Source: an uncultured Chloroflexia bacterium (lineage in GTDB: Bacteria > Chloroflexota > Limnocylindria > Limnocylindrales > CSP1-4). Taken from it: DNA of 64,000 nt. A program made the translations under genes and the position numbers. Positions 28,349-39,500 of the stretch are shown in pieces. The stretch lies in the NCBI GenBank assembly GCA_963819655.1, contig CAWFXA010000001.1, forward strand, positions 64,001 through 128,000, given 5' to 3'. How positions within the stretch are numbered: the stretch's first letter is position 1; each line of letters begins with the position of its first letter. The notes beneath the pieces are model-generated. The model was not told the origin of the DNA. It was given only the letters and a program-made list of their open reading frames with translations, and ran no database searches.

Positions 28349-31145
28349 GTGAGCTATCGATCCCAGGCATATCCGGTCCGGCGTGCCGCGCCGCCGAGCC
28401 GATCCACGGCCGGCTGGCTGGCCATCATCGTGTTCGCGTTCCTGGCCGGCATCGGCATCATCGGCGCGTTCGCGGTCGTCAGCGTGTACGCGGCGATGTC
28501 GACCGGACTGCCGCCAGTCTCCGGGCTGACCGACCTCCGCCTGCCCCAGGAGACCGTCCTCTACGACCGCACCGGCGAGACTGAGCTCGCGCGGTTCGGC
28601 GAGTTCAAGCGGGAGGTCGTCCCGTTCGAGGAGATCCCGCCGATCCTTCTCGACGCGACGACCGCAGTCGAGGACAAGTCGTTCTGGGAGAACGCCGGCT
28701 TCGACCCCGTCGCGATCGTGGCCGCCGGCATCGACTCGTTCCGCGGCAACAGCCGCGGCGCATCGACGATCACCCAGCAGCTCGTGCGCGCTCGACTCCT
28801 CGAACCCGAGCTCGTCCAGGATCCGGAGCGCACCGTCGAGCGCAAGCTCAAGGAGATCGTCCAGTCGATCCGGCTCACGCAGGCGTACTCCGGTGAGGAG
28901 GGCAAGCGCGAGATCATCGCCGCCTACCTCAACCTGAACTACTACGGCAACCAGAGCTACGGGGTGAAGGCCGCGGCCAAGTCGTATTTCGGCAAGGCGC
29001 TCGCGGATCTCACGCCGGGTGAGGCGGCGCTGCTGGCGGCTCTCCCGCAGTCGCCGTCGAACTACGACCTCGTGCGCAATGCCGTCAGGACATGCGATGT
29101 CGAGCTGGACGACGAGATGGGGCATGCTAAGCCGGCTAGCAACGAGCACCTGATCCTCGAGCCGGACGCGAAGATCGCCCAGCGGCGCGATACCGTGCTC
29201 GACCTGATGGCCGACGGCCGCACGCCGATGTCGGATGGTGCCGTCACCGATGCGCAGCTCGAGGCCGAAAAGGGCGAGCCGGTCGAGCTCGCCCGGCAGA
29301 CGACGCCGACCTGGACAGCGCCGCATTTCGTGTGGGCCGTCCAGGACGAACTGGCACGCAAGATCTGCGGCCCTGACACGCCGACCTGCGACCAGCTCGA
29401 GGAGGGCGGCTTCCGCGTCACCACGACCCTCGACGCCAAGCTGCAGAAGATGGCCGAGAACTGGGTCCGGGTCGCAGTGGTCGCGCCGCACCACGGGGAG
29501 CCAGCGAGGTTCGCGAAGGCGCTCGGCTTCGACGAGTACCAGCCCTGGATGAAGAACCTCGAGAGCAAGGACGTCCGCAACGGCGCGCTCGTCGCGATGG
29601 ACTATCAGACCGGCGAGATCATCGCCCATGTGGGCTCAGCGGGCTACTACTCGGGATCGAACAACCCCAAGTTCCAGCCCCAGTTCGACGTCGTGACACA
29701 GGGCTACCGCCAGCCGGGCTCGGCGTTCAAGCCGTTCAACTACGCCGTCGGGATCGACGACCAGACCTTCACCGCGGGTGACATGCTGATGGACGTCGCG
29801 ACCGATTTCGGCGGCGGCTATACCCCGTCGGACGCCGACAACCGCGAGCGCGGGCCGGTCCGCGTGCGGACGGCCCTCCAGTTCTCGCTGAACATCCCGT
29901 CGGTCAAGGCCATGGCCCTGAACTCGCCCGACCACGTCTTCGCGCGGGCGAAGGATTTCGGGATGACGTTCCAGAGGGAGACGACCGACGCCGGCCTCGC
30001 GCTCGCCCTGGGCGTCGCCGAAACCCGGCCGATCGACCTCGTGAGCGCATACGGAACGCTGGCGAACGGAGGGGCTCGCGTCGAGCGGACCTCGATCATC
30101 AAGATCGTTGGCGCAGACGGGAAGGATGTCGCCCTGCCCGAGCCCGAGCCGCCGGTGCAGGTGGTCAGCCCGCAGGCCGCGTACATCGTCACCGACATCC
30201 TCAACGGCAACACGTTGCCCCGCGTCAATCCGTTCTGGGGCAAGTTCCTGGTCCGCGGCCCGGACGGCGAGCGTCGACCGGCCACGCTCAAGACCGGCAC
30301 CAACAACGACGCCAAGGACCTCAACGCCTACGGCTACATCGCCCCGCCCACCGAGGAGGGCCGGGCCGCCGGAGCGTACGCGCTCGCGGTCGGTGTGTGG
30401 AACGGCAACAGCGACAACACGCCGGTCTCGACGCCGGCGCGCCCGGTCTTCTCGATCGACGTGTCGACCTACGTCTGGCAGGGGTTCCTGCAGCAAGCGA
30501 GCGCCGAGTGGGAGATCACGCGGTTCGCCCGCCCGTCCGAGGGCCTCATCCAGGTCGCCATCGACCCGTTCACAGGGATGCTCCCGGCCAGCGGGACGGA
30601 AGGCGTCAACGAGTGGTTCATCGTGGACACCGCTCCCACGTCGAGCCTGGCCAAGGACGTCTGCGGGATCGCCGCGATCGAGAGCGTCGGTCACGAGCAC
30701 AAGTTCCAGCACTGGCTGCAGGCCGACCGGGACTGGATGCGCCGGGCTCAGCGTGGGCCGGGGACGGTCGGTGGCCCGGACAGGACCCGGACCACGTACT
30801 TCTACGACAACCGCTTCAACCCCTATGGCAGGACGTGGGGACCGTTCGTGGTGGGCCGCGGGTGTGGCGCCTCGCCCAGTCCGTCGCCGAGCTGCGTCCC
30901 GCTGCCGACACCCGACGAGGGCGGCGTCATCCCCTCCTTCGAGATCCCGTCGCCGTCCGGCTCGGAGGTCGCGGCACTCCCGTGCCCGCCACCCTCGGTC
31001 GAGCAAGCCGAGCGAGGAACCGACGCCGACCCCGGACGTGACACCCGAACCCACCCCGACACCGGAGCCGACACCCGAGCCGACGCCGGAGCCGACCCCG
31101 GAACCACCGCCCGAAGTGAGCCCGGCACCGGCCGCCCCCTCCTGA
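28349..31145 (+). CDS. Class A penicillin-binding protein (transglycosylase/transpeptidase); apparent 1-nt insertion near 31003
   Basis: AVEDKSF, GASTITQQL, RKLKE, YLN; SAFK, SLN, KTGT. The Pro-rich tail continues in the +1 frame to TGA at 31145. Confidence 0.92.
31020..31112 (+). repeat. Degenerate tandem repeat encoding (PEPT)n linker
   Basis: PTPTPDVTPEPTPTPEPTPEPTPEPTPEPP at the end of ORF 30108..31145. Confidence 0.7.
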
Positions 31146-31187
31146 GGTCGTCATGCGACCGTCATGCGGCCGCGACACGATGATGAC

Positions 31188-32727
31188 GTGACCGATCGAC
31201 CGCTCCCGCGCTCCGTCACCGGCCTCGCCGGCCTGGCCGGCATCGCGGCGGCTGCCCTCGGTATCGGCGTCGCGGAGGCGATCGGAGGCGTGCTGCGCGG
31301 GCGCGACGTCCCTTGTCGACGCGATCGGCCAGGTCGTGATCGACCTGCAGCCGCCGGGCGCCCTGGAGTTCGTCGTCCAGCTGTTCGGGACGAACGACAA
31401 GCTGGCGCTCCAGATCGTCGTACTGATCGCGGCGCTGGCTCTGGGCGGGCTGTTCGGCGTCCTCGCCGCGCGTCGCTTCGCGGTCGGGGCCATCGGCTTC
31501 GGGGCGTTCGGCGTGCTCGGCTTCGTCGCCGGCGTGGCGCAGCCGCTCGCGAGCACCCCTATCGTCGCCGTCCAGGCCGCGGCCGCGACCGGCATCGCGA
31601 TCCAGACGCTCTCCTGGCTCCTGGGCCGGCTCCAGGCGCCCGCCGGTGAGCCGGCCATCCCGGATCCGGCTCGCCGCTCGTTCCTGCTGCGGACCAGCGC
31701 CGCAGGCATCGGTGCGCTCGCCTTGGGCGCGTTCGGGCGGGCGGCCGTCGAATCCGGCCGCACCGCGCCGACACCCCTGGTCCCGCTGCCGCGGCCGTCG
31801 GAGACCGTGCCACCGCTGGCGGCCGGGTCCGACCTCGCCCCCTCGACACCGGGCCTCACGCCGCTCGTGATCCCCAACGATGAGTTCTACCGCATCGACA
31901 CTGCGCTGCTGGTCCCGTCTCTCGACGCGGCGACGTGGCGGCTGCGCATCCACGGCCTGGTGGAACGTGAGACGACCCTGAGCTGGGACCAGCTCATCGC
32001 CATGCCCCAGTTCGAGCAGTACTGCACGATCGCCTGCGTGAGCAACGAGGTCGGCGGGAACCTGGTCGGCAACGCCAAGTGGACCGGGATCCGGTTGCGC
32101 GATGTGCTCGATCTCGCCGTGCCCACCGCTCAGGCCACACAGCTCGTCGGGCGGTCGGTCGATGACTGGACCGCCGGCATGCCGATGTCGTGGGTGATGG
32201 ACCCCGAGCGCGAGCCGATGATCGCCGTCCAGATGAACGACGAGCCGCTCCCCCGCGCGCACGGCTACCCGGCGCGGCTGATCATTCCCGGCCTGTTCGG
32301 CTATGTGTCCGCGACCAAGTGGCTGATGGAGCTCGAGCTCACGACGTGGGAGTCGTTCGACGGGTACTGGGTGCCGCTCGGCTGGTCCAAGGAAGGTCCG
32401 ATCCTGACGCAGTCGCGGATCGACACCCCGCGCGGCCCGGTCGGGGCAGGTCGGGTGGCGATCGCAGGTGTCGCGTGGGCGCCCGATCGTGGCATCTCCA
32501 AGGTCGAGGTCGGCATCGACGGAACATGGCAGGACGCCGATCTGTCGACGCCGATCTCGGACGCGACCTGGGTCCAATGGGTGCTGCCGTGGGACGCCAC
32601 TGCCGGCGTCCACACGATCTCCGTGCGCGCGACCGATGGCACCGGCGCGCTCCAGGAGCAGATCCCGTCGCGGCCCGCGCCGGACGGGGCGCGCGGCTGG
32701 CACACGATCACGGTCCCGGTCGCCTAG
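31188..32727 (+). CDS. Membrane-anchored molybdopterin-dependent oxidoreductase (sulfite oxidase family); apparent 1-nt insertion near 31297
   Basis: TM N-terminus, internal RRSFL, FYRIDTA, CVSNEVGG, HGYPAR...GYVSATKW, dimerisation domain. Confidence 0.9.
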
Positions 32728-32777
32728 TGCCGGTCGCCCCGGCCGACCGTGGGCTGGATTCGGTATAGAGTCCAGGC

Positions 32778-33365
32778 ATGCCTCGACGGCGCTACATCTT
32801 CGATCCGCCGGATCGCTTCGTGGCCGGTACGGTCGGTGAACCGGGCGACCGCACGTTCTTCCTCCAGGCCCGCGAGGGCGGCCGGATCGTCTCGATCGCC
32901 CTCGAGAAGGTGCAGGTCGCGGTCCTTGCCGAACGGCTCGGCGCACTCCTTGATGAGCTCGACCTGCGCGGGATCGCAGCCGCCACCGAGACGAGCGCTG
33001 CCGAGGCGGTCGCCGACGACGACGACACCGACCTCGACAGTGCCCCGCTCGATGAGCCACTCAACGAGGCGTTCCGGGCCGGCTCGCTGACGCTCGGATG
33101 GGACGGTGGCGCGGAACGTGTGCTGGTCGAGGCCCGGGCACAGGACGCCGATGGCGAGGCGATCGATCCGGACGAGGACGACGACGAGGACGAGGATGGC
33201 CCCGACCTCCTCCGCGTCCGGATGACAGCCGCGGCAGCGCGCTCGTTCGTGGCGCGGGCGGCCAATGTGGTCAGCGCGGGGCGGCCGCCGTGCCCGCTGT
33301 GTGGCGCGCCGCTCGATCCGCTGGGGCATATCTGCCCGCGGCGGAACGGCCACTTCGTCAACTAG
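32778..33365 (+). CDS. DUF3090 family protein
   Basis: FVAGTVGEPGDRTFFLQA...LEK.Q...GRPPCPLC...HICPRRNGH. Confidence 0.92.
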   Translation: MPRRRYIFDPPDRFVAGTVGEPGDRTFFLQAREGGRIVSIALEKVQVAVLAERLGALLDELDLRGIAAATETSAAEAVADDDDTDLDSAPLDEPLNEAFRAGSLTLGWDGGAERVLVEARAQDADGEAIDPDEDDDEDEDGPDLLRVRMTAAAARSFVARAANVVSAGRPPCPLCGAPLDPLGHICPRRNGHFVN

Positions 33366-33375
33366 CGGGCGGCGC

Positions 33376-34113
33376 GTGCTCGACCGCGCTTCGACGCTGG
33401 ACGTGCTGCGCGACGGCGACATCGAGATCGTCGGGCGGATCCTCGGATCGAGCAACAACGCGCTTTTCGTGACGGTCACGTTGCCCTGTCCCGACCCCGG
33501 CGAGCCGGCCCGGGTCCTCGAGGCGATCCACAAGCCGACGGTCGGCGAGAGGCCGCTCGATGACTTCCCGGACGGCACCCTGACACGACGCGAGGTCGCG
33601 GCGTACCTCGTATCGGAGGCGAGCGGCTGGGATGTCGTCCCGCCGACGATCCTGCGCGACGGACCGTTCGGCGAGGGCATGCTGCAGGCGTTCATCGAAC
33701 CGGATCCGGCCGTCGATGTCATCGCCTGGATCAACGACGACGACTCCAGGTTGCGACGCATGGCCGCGTTCGACGCGGCTGTCAACAACACCGATCGCAA
33801 GGGCGGTCACATCCTGCCGGTCGACGGCGGCCGGCACGTATACGGCGTCGATCACGGGGTGTGCTTCTCGGTGACGCCGAAGCTGCGCACCGTGCTGTGG
33901 GGCTGGCGCGGGCAGCGGCTGCTGCCGGACGAGTTGGCCGGGCTCGGACGCATCCGCGATGGCCTCCAGGGGGATCTCGGCGGGGAGCTTCGCAACCTGC
34001 TGAGCCGGGCGGAGGTCCGCGCCACCGTGCGGCGCGTCGACGACCTGCTCGAGCGCGGCGCCTTCCCGCTCCCCTCACCGACGTGGCCGGCCATCCCCTG
34101 GCCACCGATCTGA
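33376..34113 (+). CDS. SCO1664 family protein (PI3/4-kinase-like fold)
   Basis: KP..GERPL.DFP.GTL..REVAAY, NNTDRKGGH, DHG, KLRTVLWGW, PAIPWPP. Confidence 0.92.
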   Translation: MLDRASTLDVLRDGDIEIVGRILGSSNNALFVTVTLPCPDPGEPARVLEAIHKPTVGERPLDDFPDGTLTRREVAAYLVSEASGWDVVPPTILRDGPFGEGMLQAFIEPDPAVDVIAWINDDDSRLRRMAAFDAAVNNTDRKGGHILPVDGGRHVYGVDHGVCFSVTPKLRTVLWGWRGQRLLPDELAGLGRIRDGLQGDLGGELRNLLSRAEVRATVRRVDDLLERGAFPLPSPTWPAIPWPPI

Positions 34114-34127
34114 TCAGGGGCGAGCAC

Positions 34128-34164
34128 AAGAAAACGGCGGGTCCCGCGAAGGGAGCCCGCCGTT
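34128..34164 (-). terminator. Intrinsic terminator for the RDD gene (possibly bidirectional)
   Basis: AACGGCGGG...CCCGCCGTT hairpin followed by TTTTCTT on the minus strand. Confidence 0.7.
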
Positions 34165-34233
34165 CCTGGCGGCCGGGGACGACCGTTCTAGCGCGAGGTC
34201 CGGCGGATCATCGGGCGAACCGCCGGGTTTAGG

Positions 34234-34782
34234 TCAGACGGCCCGGGCGGCCTTGACGACCTGCGAGTTGGCGTAGTGGTCGTGCCAGCCCTGCTTCGTG
34301 GGGCTGTTGGCAGTGGTGTAGATCAGGAAGATGGCCCAGGCCAGGGCGAACAGCGAGAGCACCAGGCCGATCAGCGGTATCGGCGAGGCGACCTGCGCGA
34401 GGATCGCTGGGGCAGACAGGGCGAGGTAGCGGCGGATGGCCTGATTCATCGTGAGGGCTTGACCGTCGCCTGCGTTCCCGATCTGCATCCCGAGCAGGCG
34501 CATGCCGATCGTGGCTCGCATCGAGGTCCACGTGTAGATGAAGTAGGCCGCGCTGATCAAGAGTCCTACGAGGCCGACCACGAACAGACCTACGTAGTTG
34601 ATCGTGAATGTCAGGTCGGGATTCAGGGTCCCTGGGCTGAAACCAAGTCCGCCCAGGACCGCGCCGACGATGAGGTTCAGGATCCCCACGAGGATGGCGT
34701 CGATGATGTAGGCGATCGCCCGATTTGGGACGTCCGCGTACACCAGGCCAGATGCAGGCGCGGGTGGGCTCGTTGCGGTCAT
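34234..34782 (-). CDS. RDD family membrane protein
   Basis: R.IAY.ID, TIGMRLLG, QGWHD..A...VV; GGAGG RBS. Confidence 0.88.
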   Translation of the reverse strand: MTATSPPAPASGLVYADVPNRAIAYIIDAILVGILNLIVGAVLGGLGFSPGTLNPDLTFTINYVGLFVVGLVGLLISAAYFIYTWTSMRATIGMRLLGMQIGNAGDGQALTMNQAIRRYLALSAPAILAQVASPIPLIGLVLSLFALAWAIFLIYTTANSPTKQGWHDHYANSQVVKAARAV

Positions 34783-34896
34783 TGTGGTGAGTGCCTCCCT
34801 CTTCTGGCCACTCCATCGCGGCCTCACGGCATGGTAGACCGAAGTCGGCGCCTTACAAGGGTCGATTTAGCGAGGTCCGATGGGTCGGGCGCCGAA

Positions 34897-35407
34897 TCAG
34901 GCGATGAGTTCGTCCGACAGCAACTCCATGAGCAGGCCGTCGATCCACGTCCCGTCGGGCATCCGCTGGTATCGGCGGAGCCGTCCGACCTCCCTGAACC
35001 CGACCTTCTCGTACGCGCGGATCGCGCGCGACGTTGTCCGCCGCCGGATCGATCGTGAGCCGGTGGTGCCCATCGTCATCGATCAATCGGCGCGCGAGCG
35101 CCCTGACCGCCGCAGGTCCGACGCCATGACCCTGGGCGTCCTCGTCCAGGAACAGGTCGATCCCCGCGTGGCGGAATTCCGGGTCTGTCTCCTCGTGGGT
35201 CTGGATGGCCCCGACGAGGCGACCGTCGATCTCGATCGCGAACACGCGCAGGTCGGGCTCGCCCACGATCAGCTCCTGTTCGACGCGGTCCTCGTCGAAA
35301 TCGCCCCACCATCTGGCCACAGACGGCTGGGCAAGGATCGCGGTCAGGGTGGACGCGTCCTCGGGAAGGACCGGCCGGATGGTGATGTCGGGTGCTGCAA
35401 CGCTCAT
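34897..35407 (-). CDS. GNAT acetyltransferase, AAC(6')-like; apparent 1-nt insertion near 35028
   Basis: V.RWW, AGIDLFL, G.G.G, HRLTIDPAADN followed in the next frame by RAIRAYEKVGF. Confidence 0.85.
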
Positions 35408-35746
35408 GGCGAGGGAGGTTACCGCGTCGTGGCAAGGCTGGCGAGCGGTCCGACCGACGTGAGATGTTCCCCGAGGAACGGTCCGAGCACGAATGAGCGT
35501 GATCGTCGAGCGCCAGGACGAAGGTCCCGGAGACGCGATGGCCCGTTCTCGGCTATAGTTCGTATGCGTCACCGGTCCGCAGCGACGGCCCCGGTCGAGC
35601 GTCTCGACAAACGGACGCTCCCGGTACGCCGCCCGGACCACCACACCGCTCCCGCCCGTTATCGGCGTGTCGAGCGGAGAACACAAGGGTCGCTGCGCAG
35701 GCTCAGATCGCCTGCGGCGCGCCAGAAAGCACGAAGAAACACACGA

Positions 35747-35962
35747 ATGATGTCCCGAAATGCGACGGCGTCCTACGCCGGTCGCGCCAGTTCCATGCGT
35801 CGGCTGCGCCGTCGCTCCAGCACAGCACATGCGAGCGGCCGTCCGTTCTGCCGAACGAATGGTTGCCCAAGCTTCCTCGAGATCGATCCGGTGACCGGGA
35901 TCGCCACCTGCCCCGTCTGCGGCTCGACCCAGCGTCAGCGCGCCCGGGCCCAAGCTCACTGA
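35747..35962 (+). CDS. Small Arg-rich zinc-ribbon protein
   Basis: CRTNGC...CPVC; an in-frame upstream ATG exists at 35564. Confidence 0.6.
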   Translation: MMSRNATASYAGRASSMRRLRRRSSTAHASGRPFCRTNGCPSFLEIDPVTGIATCPVCGSTQRQRARAQAH

Positions 35963-35993
35963 CGCCGCGTCGGCGGCCGCTGACGACCTCGAC

Positions 35994-36473
35994 CTAGTCG
36001 CTCGAGAGCGGCTCGCCCCTCGTCGCCCTCTCGAACCGCGCGAGCTCGACCTCGAGATCGAGCGACCGGCGTTGCTGCCGGTCGGTGGGCGCTTCGATTT
36101 TCACGCGCAGGATCGCGCGGTTCGCCGCCTCGACCAGGCGGCGCATCTCCTCGCGTGCCCGCGGTCGGGCGAGGTGCGACATGCGCGGCGCACGAGCGAA
36201 CAGGCGGTCGCGTTCGTCGAGGAGCGCGCGAACGGCCTTGTCGGCTTCGATCCAGCCCGGCGCGACGCCCGCATTCCTGAGCATGCGGTAAGCCAGCGCC
36301 CGATCACCTGCCGCCGAGTCATCCTCGAGCGGCAGGCGACTGCCCTGGTGCGGAAGCGCGTCGAAGCTGCCCTCCTCGATCGCCGTCCGGATCTGGCGCT
36401 CCACCAGCGTCTCGCGGATGCGTTCGCGCGACGGCTCGGCGGGATCGGGTCGCTCGGGATCGCGATGCTCCAT
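35994..36473 (-). CDS. DUF1992 (DnaJ-associated domain) protein
   Basis: VERQIR.A.EEG.FD.LP..G..L...AYRMLRNAG..P.WIE. Confidence 0.85.
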   Translation of the reverse strand: MEHRDPERPDPAEPSRERIRETLVERQIRTAIEEGSFDALPHQGSRLPLEDDSAAGDRALAYRMLRNAGVAPGWIEADKAVRALLDERDRLFARAPRMSHLARPRAREEMRRLVEAANRAILRVKIEAPTDRQQRRSLDLEVELARFERATRGEPLSSD

Positions 36474-36540
36474 GGGCCGAGACTAGCGCAGGCGGCGCCG
36501 CGACAGGCAAGCTGACGCGACCGGCCGCTAAGGTTGAGCC

Positions 36541-39500
36541 GTGCAGTCGATCGACGGGCGGCCCGTCTACGCCGCCACGGACCTGGTCGCCTATCTCGCC
36601 TGCGAGCACCTGACAGCGCTCGAGCGTGCGGCGATGGCCGGTCTCGTCGACCGGCCGATGCGGGCCGATCCGGAGCTCGATGTCATCCGCAAGCGCGGCT
36701 TCGAGCACGAGCAGCGCTACCTCTCGGAGCTCGAGGCCGAAGGCCGCCGAGTCGTCAGGATCGACCTGGACGGCTCGATCGAGGATCGTGGTGACCAGCT
36801 CCGCGAGGCGGCGGCCGCGACCATCGCGGCCATGGCGTCCGGGCCCGACGTCGTCTACCAGGCGACGTTCTTCGACGGGACGTGGCGAGGCCACGCCGAC
36901 TTCCTGCTCCGCGTGGATGACCCCGACCGGCCGTCGGTGTGGGGTCCATACCACTACGAGGTCGCCGATACGAAGCTGGCCCGCCACGTGAAGGCCAGCG
37001 CCGTCCTCCAGATCTGCTCGTACGTCGACCAGCTGGAACGGATCCAGGGAGTCCGGCCCGAATGGCTCCACGTGGTCCTCGGGGGTTCGGCGCGAGCCGT
37101 CGAGCGCCTCCGCGTCGACGACTACATGGCCTACTACCGCAGCGCGCGGGACCGCTTCCTGGCGACCGTCGAAGAGGGTCAGCCGGTCGCGTTCCCGCCG
37201 CCGGACACCTATCCGGAGCCCGTCGATCACTGCGACGTGTGTCGGTGGGCGGCGGAGTGCGTCGCCCGACGGCGGTCGGACGACCATCTCAGCCTCGTGG
37301 CCGGCATCTCGGGGCGCCAGCGGCGCGCACTGTCCGAACGAGGGGTCGGGACGCTCGCGGCACTCGGCGACCTGGCGCTGCCGATGCAGCCCAGGCCCGA
37401 GGGCACGTCCGATGGCGCATTGGCGCGGGTCCGCGACCAGGCACGGATCCAGCTCGAGGGACGTCGCGAGCGGCGGTTGAAGTACGAGCTGCTGGTGCCT
37501 TTCCCCGGCGAGCCGTACGAAGCCGAACGTGGTCTGGCGACGCTCGCCCCACCGTCGACGGGCGATCTGTTCTTCGACATCGAAGGCGACCCGTATGCGT
37601 TCGAGGATGGTCTCGACTACCTCTTCGGGGTCATGGGGACCGACGGCACGTTCCGCGCGATCTGGTCCCGCGACGCGACCGGCGAGTTCTCGCTCCAGGG
37701 AGAACGTCAGGCCTTCGAGGAGTTCATCGACTTCGTGATGGCCCGTCTCGAGGCCGACCCGACGATGCATGTCTATCACTACGCGCCATACGAGCCCACG
37801 GCCCTCAAGCGGTTGATGGGCCGCTACGGGACCCGCGAAGTCGAGGTCGATCGATTGCTGCGCGAGGGCGTGCTCGTCGATCTGCTGCGTGCGGTCCGCC
37901 AGTCGCTCCGCGCGTCGGTCGAGAGCTACTCGATCAAGAGGATGGAGGCGTTCTACGGGTTCACCAGGGAGATCGACCTGCGCGATGCGGGGTCGAGCAT
38001 CGTGGCGTTCGAGACATGGCTGGAGCTCGGGGAGGGCGAGCGCCCGCAGACCGACATCCTCGACCGGATCGAGCGCTACAACCGCGACGACGTGGTGTCG
38101 AACAAGGAGCTGCGCGACTGGCTGGAGGCCCGCCGTGACGAGCTGATCGCCACCGGCATCGAGATCCCCCGGCCCGCTCCGCGGGAGAACCCGCTGCCCG
38201 CCGAGCTGACCGACGCGCTGGCCCGGGTCCAGGCGCTGGTCGATCGGCTCGCAGATCCCGCGATCGTGCCGGAGGACCGATCCCAGCGCGCACCGGAGCA
38301 GCACGCCCGGTGGCTGCTGGCGCAGTTGCTCGGCTGGCACCGGCGCGAGGACAAGGCGATGTGGTGGGACTTCCATCGGCTGATGGATCTCACGCCCGAG
38401 CAGCTCGTCGACGAGTCCGACCCGATCGGCCTCCTCGAACCGGTCGGGCCACAGGACGTGGAGCTGAAGGGCAAGCAGACGTGGCGCTATGCCTTCCCGC
38501 CCCAGGACTTCGATCTCGGGCGGGGGGAGGTCTACGACCCGGGCCAGAAGCAGGAGCGGCCGGACAATTCGCCCTTCAAGTGGGATGCCGGCGACGTGGT
38601 GAAGGTGGACCTTGCTGCCGGCACGGTCGACATCCGACGAGAGGTTGCCAGGCCCCATCCTCGGGCGATCGTGCCGCTCCCGTGGGTCCGCACGCAGGCC
38701 CACCAGGAGCGGCTGATCGAGATCGGCGCGTGGGTCGCCGATCACGGCATCGACGCGGACGGACCGCACCGTGCGATGCGCGACCTGCTCCTCGGTCGAC
38801 CGCCGCGCGCCGGCCAGGTTCCAGGTGGACCGTTGGCGCCCGACGACGAGTCCGACCTGGCCGCGGCTCGCCGGGTGGTGATGGCACTCGACTCCACCAC
38901 GCTCGCGATCCAGGGTCCGCCGGGCTCAGGCAAGACCTACAGCGGCGCCCGGATGATCTGCACGCTCCTCGCCGCCGGCCGACGGGTCGGTATCACCGGG
39001 ACCAGCCACAAGGTGATCGGCAACCTGCTGGCCGAGGTGCTCAAGGCTGCGCCCACCGAAGGCGTGGACGTCCGGCCGATCCAGCACGGCCAGCCCAACC
39101 AGGTGCTCGACGACGATCGCGTCGTGCGTGCCAAGGACGCCGACGATGTCCGTCATCGCTTGGCGGATGGGCGCTCGAATCTGGCGGCCGGCACGTCCTG
39201 GCTGTGGGCCTCCGCGAAGGTCGCGGGCGCGATCGACGTGCTGTTCGTCGACGAGGCCGGCCAGATCTCGCTCGCCAATGTCGTCGCGATGTCCCAGGCG
39301 ACGGACAGCATCGTGCTCCTGGGCGACCCACAGCAGCTCGATCAGCCGCTTCGCGGCACACATCCGCCGGGAGCGGACCGCTCGGCGCTGGCGCACGTCC
39401 TCGACGGGGCCGCGACGATTCCCCCGGAGCGCGGATTGTTCCTCGAGACGACGTGGCGGTTGCATCCGGATCTTTGCTCGTTCACGTCCGAGGCCTTCTA

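Noticed and set aside
34897-35407. Acquired aminoglycoside-resistance cassette
   Set aside because: It has host-like GC and codon usage, a native leaderless-type promoter and no integron or IS context, so it is probably a chromosomal GNAT.
36541-37300. Cas4 / CRISPR-associated locus
   Set aside because: The Cas4-like Cys pattern belongs to the TM0106 fusion. No cas genes or repeat-spacer array were seen in the window.
36319-38769. 816-aa minus-strand ORF (also 23877..25958, 15027..16664, 31216..33060 and many similar)
   Set aside because: These are shadow frames antisense to clear genes. Stop codons are scarce at about 70% GC and the translations show no domain motifs.
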